This document shows, piece by piece, positions 53,845 through 64,000 of a stretch of DNA of 64,000 bases (within the stretch, counting starts at the first letter, position 1; each line of letters begins with the position of its first letter). Both the position numbers and the translations under genes were made by a program. A model generated the notes under the pieces. The model was not told where the DNA came from, ran no database searches, and saw only the letters and a list, made by a program, of their open reading frames with translations. Source of the DNA: Vicugna vicugna (taxonomy: Eukaryota); contig MU058650.1 of NCBI GenBank assembly GCA_013265495.1, positions 585,394-649,393 of the forward strand, in the 5' to 3' direction.

Positions 53845-54340
53845 TGTTGCTTGAGGTGCAGGTCTCACCCTGCAGCAAGAGGTCCTTAGCCTCAGCCTGC
53901 CTGAAATGCTAGAGGCATTTACCAACCTCACTTTAAACTGCACAAGATTTTCTCTAGAGCGTTTTCCCACAGATCCCCTTTCTAAGCACCCTCTGTTCTG
54001 GGCACAAGAATATTAGAAGAGGCCCAAAGCCAGAGGTGAACTTCATACACAGCAGAAGGAAGGGGATCATTGCTTTTGCAAAAACAAGAACAACTTTGCA
54101 AAAATGTGTTACCCTGTATGCGATCTCTATGGAAACGAGCTACATCCCTTAAGCTCTTGAACTTTTACTATAAACCCTCCTGCCTTCTCTTTCCAGGAGG
54201 CTCATGGTCTTAGAGGCATTAGCCCACTGTGACCTCCTTGCCTGGCAAAGAAATAAAGCTGCCTTTTCTACTTCATCCAAGACTCTGCCCCTCAAGTCTC
54301 AATTCAGTAAGTGGGGTAGGGAGGCTGAGTTTCAGCAACA
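53845..54340 (+). mobile_element. ERV solo LTR (left boundary uncertain)
   Basis: TATA-like ctataaaccc, aataaagc poly(A) signal, terminal gtttcagcaaca. Confidence 0.7.
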
Positions 54341-55291
54341 AAGAGATGATCAAATAGGGTTCTGGACCTGGTATAAAATACATACTTCCAGTGAGGAATA
54401 AAAAGTGTATATTTAAAGGCCCTGGAATAAACACTGTTCTTGAAACTAGATATGTTATACTCTGCTTTCTGACAAAGTTGGAGTATTCTTATTTATCAGT
54501 CATCCGTAGAATGCTAAGTTAAATTCTGTTTTGCATACATTATTCATTAAAAAAAATAGAATACGGTATAATAGAATTAATACTAAATCTCTGTAAAATA
54601 CTGTTGTTTTCCCTTTGTGATTCAGAAGGATTCAGAGTAACTCAGCATTATTTAAGTCATAATTATATCATAGATGACTTTTTCATAATTCCTCCTTCTC
54701 TGGGGCCAGCTCCCAGTGAAACCTGTTTTAACTACCTGACCCTTTTCCATTTCCCAAAGCCGATTAATCCAAAAGTAGACCCCTGACACATATCAGTCGA
54801 TCTATCCTGAACATTTGAAAAAATAAAACTTAGGGCCAGAAAGTTTCGTTGCTCTGAGTAACTGTGATGGCTCTGCTCGAGATTTTAAAAAGATACATCC
54901 ATAATCTCCTGCTACTGAATCCCTGCCATCAGTCAGTATTCAATCATGAGACAAAATTCACACTAGTCATTTCAACAGAGAGAATTTTATATACAGCATT
55001 ACCAAATAGGCACTAAAGAACTGAAAAGGCAAAAAAAGAACATGACGATAACACGGAGCTATCAAATTTAGAAAGCAGTTCCTGTAAGACTGGGAAAATG
55101 AAGAGGAGATGCTGGAATCATTACCGTTTAGAGAACAATTCTGTTTCTTTTCACATTCCTGAGATGGCAGTGGTGGATAGGAGACTGTGTAAGGAACATC
55201 GGTGCTTGAAGTCAGCTGTGGATGAAGGGAATTCAATTTGAAAATGCTGGGATTAGGTGGCCAAACTCTTAGAGATGGGGTAGAAAACAGC

Positions 55292-56320
55292 TGTAGGGGT
55301 TTGGAACAGCCCCCTCGAAGATGCGCTACGTTGGCATGAGGATTATTTTGAGCTAACGGCAATGGAAACCTTGTGGGCTCAAGAGGAAATATTTCTCTTC
55401 CTTTAACTACCTAGAAGAATTTAAACTGGGGATTTTTCCCAGAAAAAAAAAAGTTATTATAATAGAAAAGAACAAATCTGACTGCGTATTAGATCTGTTC
55501 CTTTGGCTTTAACCCTGTGCTATGTATGTTTCCGAGGCTCAGTCTTGCCGGCTCTGTACCTTTTGTGAAAGAATGTTGCCTTTTGCCTAAAATATACAGG
55601 AAAGCCTATTGTCAAGGCTCTGACCTTTAAGTGTATTAACACTTTTGCATTCACATAAAGATAACAAGTTGTACAATAGAAAATACATTTGTTTTGTTGG
55701 AGGTTTATAGGAACACCATGACCTGACCCAGGTGGACAGCTGCAAGAACAAAGAATTCCTACACGAAGAAGTTGGCAACAAGCACACCCCCTCCCCTTTT
55801 TGGTATAGAAGGAGACTGAATTCTAACTGGGGGAAAGATGATTCTCCAGGATATTAGTCTGCCATCTTCTTGGTCTCCCAGCTTTCCAAATAAAGTCATT
55901 ATTCCTTGACCTAACACCTTGTCTCCCGATTTATTGGCCTGTTGTGCAGTGAGCAGAATGAATTTGGACTCGCTAACAGTATTACCAGAGAGAAATTTTA
56001 TCTAAGTGGCCCCATCTATTTGGCAGGACAGACATCTAATTAGCAGGCATCTGTTTTTCCTCTTAATGTCCTGTGAATGACCCTCCCGTCCTTGGAAGCC
56101 CCAGGTCCCTGTCTCATTTCTTAGCTCAGTATGGCATTTTACCCTTCTGTCTTTGAGCCTCTTATGTCTGTGGGATCTCTGATCCCCTCATGTATGTGAG
56201 AGTCACATATCAATGAAATTAAATTTGATTTTCTCCTGTTAACCTATCTTATGTCAATTTAATTCTTAGAACAACCAGAAGAATTTAGAAGGATAGAGAA
56301 AGTTTTCTTCCTCCTCGACA
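55292..56320 (+). mobile_element. MER34-like ERV1 LTR split by a younger LTR
   Basis: tgtagggg...ttggcatgaggattattttgagct...; tctcctgttaacctatcttatgtcaatttaatt...ttcctcctcgaca. Confidence 0.75.
55458..55978 (+). mobile_element. ERV1 solo LTR, same family as 58241-58760
   Basis: Homologous to the reverse complement of 58241-58760; aataaagtc poly(A) signal; ends gctaaca; TSD ttat/gtat. Confidence 0.85.
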
Positions 56321-56714
56321 CAGCCAATGATATTTTGAGAGGCAGGAGCTGAGGGAGATGGCAAAAGCAACGCAGTTCTGAAAAACAAATTCTGAATCCA
56401 ACAAAGTAATTGCTGGAGTAACCTCTTTTGCAAAGAGAACTCTGCAGAGAATGCCAGAAAGAACTTGCAGCTGTATCAAAGGCTGATAGAAACGAAGCAT
56501 CTTTGAGAGGAGCTATGTTCCCTGAGGGCAGTAAAGTTCCCAACGACCTTAGTGGAGTTCATCACTGCGCAGAACACAAGCAACGCTGCCCACTCCCACA
56601 CACCCCACCCCCAGGCTGTAACACAGTTCCTTGAGAGAGACTCTGTGGACTGAAAGCTCAAAAAGCCAGATAATAAAGTGGAAGAGCTCCTGGGAATTAA
56701 ATGTAGGCGAGCAG

Positions 56715-56905
56715 TCTGGGAGGGCTTTGCGGTCAGGCAGATCTGGGTATTGAATCCGGCTCAGTCACTTACTAATGACTGAGCTACTGTAGGAAAATTC
56801 CTTTATCCTTTGGTGCTTCAGTTTCATTGCCTACAAAAGAGGGATGGTAATAACCATCTCATACGTTGCAATGGTGATAAAGGATATTTAGTAGAGTATC
56901 TGGTT
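56715..56905 (+). mobile_element. MIR relic
   Basis: ggctttgcggtcaggcagatctggg...gaatccggctcagtcacttacta...cttcagtttc. Confidence 0.75.
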
Positions 56906-57669
56906 TTCTTTAACAGTCGAACCAAATACCTGTTGGAGGAGGAATTGCTACCTACCCTTTGTTCCCTCATTTCCCTACTCTGTTGTTCTCAACAAGAGAA
57001 AATTACTTTTTCTTTTTCTTTTCCTTTTCTTTCTTTTGTGTGTATGTGTATGTGTGTTCCTAGCCATGTTGCCCACCTTGAAGGGCTCTGTGTTGGGGGG
57101 GCAGGTAGGGGTCCTGACTTTGCCCCCTGCTGCACCCCGCCTTCCCCCACGTGTGTACCCCATGATGTCCAGGAGATAACAGCACCCAGGAGCCCAGAGG
57201 CAGGGCTGGTAAGGGGTCGCCCAAGGAGCCAGGTCTCTTTGACACAAACTGTGGAGGGGGAGAGAGGACCCCTGCCCAGGGGCCACCAAGCCCCACTCTG
57301 AGGTCCCCACAAGGCATCTCTTCCCTGAGAAGTCGCTGCCTTGGCCTGGTTCTGATGTCATCCTTGATGGTCTTGATGGTCATCTCAGTTTAGGTCTCTG
57401 TCCCCCCCAGACCAGGAGATCCTTGTGGGTTGGGACAGAGGACAGAGCCTGGTTCATTTGGGACCCAAGCCTCCCCCACCCCAGTCCTCCGCCCCGCCCC
57501 CCACTCCCCCCTGGGCCCTACAAGCTCTGTCCGATTCAAAGCCCAGTGTGCTCCCCCCACCTCACTGAGGCTCAGCTGGTCCTTGTGGTGACCTTGTGGT
57601 GCAGGAGAAACAGATGCGGGGCATGAGGAGGGCTGTGTCCCAGGTCTCAGTAAAGGGAAAATCACTTTT

Positions 57670-58236
57670 TGTAGCAGCAGACTTTACTCATTGACCAGGA
57701 ACGGAGAAGGGGCGCTCATGCTGTAGTAGTACTTTCCCCCTAGTGCAGGCGAGGACAAGTTTTTATCGGAAAGGGGGCTAAGGGAGGGATGTGGGTAGGG
57801 ACTGTTGTCACCCAGTTCATGGAAATGGGTGGTGATTTCCTGGGACCTGGTCTGTGCCTCTTTCCTGCCCTTTTATGGTCCTCCTGAGTCTGGGTCAGAA
57901 GCGTGTTGAACCAACATGGTGCCACTGGGCAGGGATTTTAGCATTAAAATGAGATGATAATGAGTTCAGGGTGATCTTTACCCTAATTATGTCTCCAAAC
58001 CTGGGCCAGGCTGGTTTGGGCTGGTTGTTTTGTGGTTAAGCCACCAAACTCCTGTTATTCAAGCACAACTAAAAGTACAGTTAGGTTCAGTTGCTTTTGC
58101 AAATTTGCCAAAAGGGAGATTTTCATTGGAAATGGGGGAGCTTCCTCACCTCCCTGCCTAAGGCAGTTGTACTTGTGTTTTATGGAGACAGTTTAGATAT
58201 AAGTTAAGGACCCTGGGGTTGCTTCCCTGGGTAACA
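57670..58236 (-). mobile_element. ERV LTR, possibly a 5' LTR with GC-rich leader sequence at ~57060-57665
   Basis: TG...CA ends (tgtagc...ggtaaca); AGTAAA and CATAAAA motifs on the minus strand; no matching TSD. Confidence 0.6.
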
Positions 58237-58240
58237 GAAT

Positions 58241-58760
58241 TGTTACTGAGTCCAAACTAATTTTGCTCGCCCCGTGACAGGCCAATAAACTGGGAGACAA
58301 GGTGTTGGGGCAAGAAATAGTGATTTTATTTGGAAAGCCGGCAGACAGAAAAGATGGCAGACTGACGTTTTGGAGAACCATCTCGCTCAGGTCAGAATTT
58401 AGACTCCTTTTATACTAAAAAGGGGAGGGGGTCTGATTGGTTATTGCAAACTTTTTGTTGTAGGAATTCTTTGTTCTTCTAGCTGTCCATGTCGGTCAGG
58501 TCATGGTGCCCCCTATAAAACCTCTAACAAAACAAATGCTATTTTCTATTCTGCAACTTATCTTTATAAAAGTGCAAGAGTGTTAATATCCTTAAAGGTC
58601 AGGGCCTTGAGAACAGGCTCTCCTGTATATTTCAGGCTAAGGGCAACACTGGTTCACAAAAGGTGCAGAGGGAGCAAGACTGAGCCTAGGAAACGAGGCT
58701 CAGGGTTAAAGCCAAGGGAACAGATCTAATATGGAGTCTGATTTGTCCTTTTCTGTTACA
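58241..58760 (-). mobile_element. ERV1 solo LTR
   Basis: tgttact...tgttaca termini with a perfect 4-bp TSD gaat (58237-58240 / 58761-58764). Confidence 0.9.
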
Positions 58761-60143
58761 GAATGCATAATTCTACAAGTCGATAATATCCTAACTACCT
58801 GGGACACCTCAGTCCTTAAGGCAACCTGACTACTTTCCTGCTTGTTTGACTGCTCAACATGCATTTACTAAGTTATTTGTGACAGATAAGTCTGCAAAAC
58901 TCTTGATACTACAATGAAAATAGGTCATGGCCTTGACCTTGAAAGAACTAACAGTGTAGCAGAGGAGACAAGCAAGTAAATGGATCATTGATGGTTACCA
59001 GAAAGTCAAGCTTTGTGAAGACAAGATTTCATTCGAGCAGCTAAGTCAAAATTGCCACCTCTCATTATAGGGAAAACAAGGAACTTGTATGTTAAATGTG
59101 ACAGAATATATAAGGTGCCTGATACATAGCAAGCAACCAACCAATGTAAGCTTCCTGTTCCCTTTCCTAGAGATGTGTCTAAAATTCTTAGGAACCCATG
59201 ACACTTTTTCCCACGTGTTTGGTAAACAAAAGTTTTGCTCGGTGATTTCACTCTCTTTATATTCCTATGAAATAAGACCCCTCTGAGGAAACGCTCCGTG
59301 TTACGCAGAGTTGTTCCTGTGTACTGACCCGTCTGTCTCCGATCTTCATCTTGTGGGTTTCCCCTAAGTGCTTTTTGCTGATGAAGGGGCAAGGAGGGGA
59401 CTCTGTGAATATGTGTAAGCCATGTTTACTTATGGCTTCCGTGAGAAGACAGCGTTTGACGTCTTTCCAAAGCAACCCGGTCTGCAGAGAGCGTCAAAGG
59501 TTAGTGGGTCGCTTTGTTGTGCTCCAACTATTTCTGGCTATCTTGTTGGGAAAAAGAAAACACTCCTCTGAAACTGAAGCTGCTCTGGAATGGGCCCTTT
59601 GATATATTAAGTTGTAATGTTCCTGTAGGTTATCTCCAATCTAAGTTCACAAAGGGAAAAGATGGACGTATGTCCTTTTTAATAATTGCTTTTCGCTTTC
59701 CTGTCCTGATAATCGTACTTCACTCTCTCTAAAATCCCTTCCATATCAAACTGGACATAATATATTCATTCATTGTTATAAACGGCAGTGTTTTATTATC
59801 TCGTGATGTTTTAAGTTCATCTTTCTTCTGCCCTTGGCCATTTTACACATGAATGCAGTTAATTTAACATCCGCTAATTCATAGCACTGTTACACACAAA
59901 AATGCCTTTGGATTCAAGTCCATTAGCCTTCAGTTTAAACTCTAATCTTTAATTTTAAATAAATTTAGCACTTCCTCAACTCACTAGAATGATGACTGAT
60001 TTACTTACTGGTCTACTGGATAAAAGCAAAATTCTGAACTGAATGAGGCAAGGGAAAAAAAATCAGAAAGAAAATAAAAGTTGAGAATACGGCATGCCTC
60101 ATCACAAAATGATGACTTTAAGATTGGTTTAATCATTAATCTG

Positions 60144-60757
60144 TGTTAAATCGGCTCTATTTCATTGCCAAAATTAGTCACCCTTAAGTAATGACAATAC
60201 TGGAACAGAAAAGGGTGAGCGCTGAGGGTTCAGCTGAATTGTGTCACTTTGCTGTCTCAGCATCCACTTTGTGTGGCCAGCCCGGGGGTCTTGAACTAAC
60301 ATTAGCACATGCCCTGGGTAAAAGCCCACAGTGTCACAGTGAATGTAATTTCTTGATATTTCCCCAACTAGCTTTGTGATAAGCATTCTCCCTTTCTCCC
60401 AGGGCCTTCCCCCTGTGCACTCCTATGAAGATAAGACCCCTGTGAAGCTTACTAAAACCCAGCTCTTTATGGTTTGAACTGAACAACCTGGTCTTAGCCT
60501 GGGAATCCTAAAGCACTTCACCCACAGATCACAGCAAAAAAAAAAGAAAAAAAAAAGTGCTCCACATCCTTCAGGTCTCCCACGGCTGGCTCCCAATCTT
60601 GACTGCCCCACATGGAGCCTGGAGGCATGCTCTATACCTTCCCTAGGACCTGTGACCAGTAAACTTTTCTGTTTTAATTCCCCTGTGGTGTACTGTTGAA
60701 TCCATCCGACACCCTGGGGCTCTACTTAGCAAACATTAATTGAACAAAATAACAACA
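60144..60757 (+). mobile_element. ERVL-type solo LTR (MER73/MER54-like)
   Basis: tgtt...aaca termini; cagtaaac poly(A) variant; gacaccctggggctctacttagcaaacattaattgaacaaa end. Confidence 0.55.
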
Positions 60758-61645
60758 GTGAGTAAGGCAGAAATCATCTCAGAGTCATGCTCCAGGACTG
60801 TGATTCTGTCCAGTTAGCATGTCATTTCTCAAAAACAAGTTCTCTTACTTTCCCATGTCCTAGTGTCTCTGCCATGTCTGTCATAGTATATCCTTTTCTC
60901 TGTACACTTTCCCTTCTACTGTCCAATTTCCCTGCATCTAACATTTCTTATTGCCTTCCCTCTTCATGGATTTTCATCTCCCCCAAAGAAAGAATTTATT
61001 GAGTAAGAATGTCTCATTGATTATCACTACACCCTGTTGGGCATGGTTCTTCCATGAAGCCATCTTCTAGACCTTTAATTCAGTCTTTAGTTGAGTGGGT
61101 CTTAATCTCTCAGAAGTCACAAGAAACTTAGAAGTTGTTTCTCAAAATTTTAGTATCTTTAAATCATTAAATGGACATTTGCACACATGCCTCCAATAAC
61201 AATCTTAGGTAGAAATTTTATGAGAACAATAAACATTGAAATAAAAGTATATCCTTTAGATACTAATAAAATTTTAAAAACAGTATTAATTATTTCAGCA
61301 ACAGCGGAGAGAATATATTTTTAAGCAGACCATTGAAAGTTTGAACCATGGGTTGTTTCTTATCCAGGAAGTTTTACTTCTTAATTTTCACTTCTGCAGA
61401 ATTAAAAATCTAAACTCAAAATAATATAATATTGGAAATAGAAGTAAGTGTTTAGTGTCTTTTTTTTCAGATAATTTTGTATTGTAAAATAAAATGTGGA
61501 CTCAGAAACTATGGAGAAACTTTTTACTGCTGACTATCTTCAGGAATCCATAATATATTAAATAGATAATAATATGATGTTCATATGCCTGAATACTCCA
61601 ACTTTCGAGGTGGAAGTAACTGGATTCTTTGGTTGCATTCAGTTC

Positions 61646-62410
61646 TTTTTTTTTTTAACCCTCTTTTTTTTTTAATTGAAGTATAGTTAGTAACAGTGTA
61701 TCAATTTCTGATGTACAGCATCATGTCCCAGTCATGCATATACATACATATATTCATTCTCAAATTCTTTTTCATTAAAGGTTATTACAAGAATATATTG
61801 AACATAGTTTCCTGTACTATACAGAAGAAATTCATTTTTTATCTATTTTATATATAGTGGTTAACATTTGTAAATCTCAAACTCCCAAATTCATCCCTTC
61901 CCACTCCCCTTCCCTTGGTAACCATAAGACTGTTTACTATGTCTGTGAGTCTGTTTCTGTTTTGTAGATGAGTTCATTAGTGTGTATTCTTCTTTTTTCT
62001 CTTTTTTTTTTAGATTCCACACATGAGTGATACCATATGTTTTTTTCTCCTCTTTCTGGCTTACTTCGCTTAGAATGATGATCTCCAGGTCCATCCATGT
62101 TGCTGCAAATGGCATTATTTCATTTTTATGGCTGAGTAGTATTCCATTGTATAAATATACATCTTCTTTATCCAGTCGTCTGTTGATGGACATTTAGGTT
62201 GCTTCCATGTCTTGGCTATTGTAAGTAGTGCTTCTGTGAACATTGGGGTGCATGAATCTTTTTGAATTACAGTTCACTGCAGATGTATGCCCAGGAGTGG
62301 GACTGCTAGATCACTGGGTAAGTCTATTTTTAGTCTTTTGAGGAATCTCCATAATGTTTTCCACAGTGGCTGAACCAAACTGCACTCCCACCAGAAGTGA
62401 AGGAGAGTTC
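61646..62410 (-). mobile_element. 5'-truncated young L1 (ORF2 C-terminus and 3' UTR)
   Basis: Poly(T), aattgaagtatagtt; ORF 61891..62193 (IMPFAATWMDLEIIILSEVSQ). Confidence 0.93.
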
Positions 62411-63268
62411 TGAAAAGCGTTTCTTCATGCTCTGTCATAGCATGTGAGTGATTTTATTTTAAAATATGTCCAATAATATTATCAGTGTCTATCTGTAGGC
62501 AGGCAAAAACTTCAAAATGTCATAAATTCTTTTACTTAATTTTAAATAAAAGTTAAAACCTCTGATGGTCAAAATCATGAAGCTCAGGAAAAGAACAAAT
62601 TTAGATAATGAATATGAAAACAGAGGAGCTAAATCTTAAGTTTAGTTTCTAATTTTGCATTTGTAATTTCATATTATTTTTCTTCAACATAGTACCCAAA
62701 ATAATATAAACTACAGGCCCCACAATACCTGGATCAGTCATTGCATAAGATAATGAAAAGTCAGGCTCAGTGGCCTTCATTTTATCACATTTGCTAGCCA
62801 TCAATAAGAGAGAAAATACAGACACCAATTATTCTCCGAATGAAGAAGCTATGTATATGCACATATTCAGTTACAATCTCTTATTTGTGTAGCAAATCCA
62901 ATCTTGCTTCAATACAGAGCTCTTGTTTCTTTAGTTTTAATTATGGATCACAAAATATTTGTTCATCTCAACCAAAAATCTCTTCCCCTGTAGCATAAGT
63001 TTTCATAATGAACAGAATAACAACCAAAATCATTGCATACTTCTTACAGGCGCTCCCTCTATGCATCCATACCTAATTTATAATCTGAATCCCATGGGAT
63101 TCAATCAACTCTCAACTGGAATAGATTCTAGCTTGCAAACATACTAGTTATGGCTCTTCCATATTTGTGCCAATGTGAAGGAATTTTGTCAGTAGCTCAT
63201 CTGGCTTTCTATCCAAATATAATATTGGTAATTAATGTTGGGGTCTGTTGGTTTTGTTTCTATATTTT

Positions 63269-63475
63269 ATTTTATTTTATTTTATTAATTAACTAATTAA
63301 TTTATTTATTGAGGTATAGTCAGTTCACAATGTTGTGTCAATTCTGGTGTACAGCACAATGCTTCAGTCATACATGAATATACATATATTCATTTTCATA
63401 TTCTTTTTCACCATGAGCTACTACAAGATACTGAATATACTTCCCTGTGCTATACAGTATAAACTTGTTTATCTA
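63269..63475 (-). mobile_element. Short young L1 3' UTR end
   Basis: (TTTTA)n tail, ttgaggtatagtcagtt...; TSD ttgttt(c/t)tatatttt 63254-63268 / 63476-63490. Confidence 0.88.
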
Positions 63476-64000
63476 TTGTTTTTATATTTTCAACACATAA
63501 AATAATATGACAAACATTTCTCATATTTAATGAGCATGAACACTGATACTAACAATAATACTAGAGTTAAAATGCTAAACTATTTCCTGCTAACATGGCT
63601 TGTCTGTGAGATTCTTTATGTAGCTCTGCCTTCTCTGCTTTTCTGAACCAAATCAGGTCCAGGAAGGCTTTTGCCATCTTCTACTTACCCAGTTCCTGAA
63701 CTTATTACTATAGACTAGAAAGATAGACTCATTTCATTTGCTTCCTCCTGCACAGACTCTGCCCTTACCTTCAGTTTAAAGTGTGAAGATACACCTCTCC
63801 AGGTGCCGTCTTTCATATACAGAACCAAGTTTCAATAAATATGTGGGCCTGTTTCTGAGCTCTCTATTCTGTCTATCTGTTTTTGGATTTAAGTTTGAAT
63901 ACAGTATTTTGTTTTTCCCAAGTACCTTACAGTTTTTTTTGTCATTGTAGGTAGCCTTTTAAAATAGCTTTTAATTTTTCCAATGTATAAGAATGTAATA

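Noticed and set aside
56810..57665. Overlapping 90-160 aa ORFs
   Set aside because: They span a MIR, a CT/GT microsatellite and a GC-rich LTR-adjacent block; no recognisable domain.
55458..58760. Two homologous LTRs as the ends of one provirus
   Set aside because: They are in opposite orientations and have separate TSDs.
1..64000. CRISPR array, operon or prokaryotic defence system
   Set aside because: This is mammalian repeat-rich DNA with no regularly spaced repeat-spacer array and no dense gene-length ORFs.

Overview
AT-rich mammalian genomic DNA, most likely camelid (inferred from a Vic-1-like tRNA-derived SINE and young L1 3' UTRs of the camelid type). It is dominated by transposable-element relics: L1, L2, MIR, MaLR/ERVL/ERV1 LTRs, Tigger1 and MER81. 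I recognise no host protein-coding gene, RNA gene or CRISPR array. The recognisable long ORFs in the track are L1 ORF1/ORF2 fragments or their antisense frames. Several splice-site-flanked candidate exons and two promoter-like patches exist but are unproven. The best-supported oddities concern retroelement mechanics: (1) a tail-to-tail L1 pair with overlapping TSDs and a 174-bp identical tract indicating gene conversion; (2) three L1s that keep their 5' UTR but carry large internal deletions; (3) a chimeric L1 insertion inside one TSD; (4) a possible short 3' transduction; (5) ultra-short L1 tip insertions; (6) twin GGA/CCT hairpins. I see no convincing evidence of a novel biological system. 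Repeat family names come from recalled consensus sequences and need RepeatMasker/Dfam confirmation.
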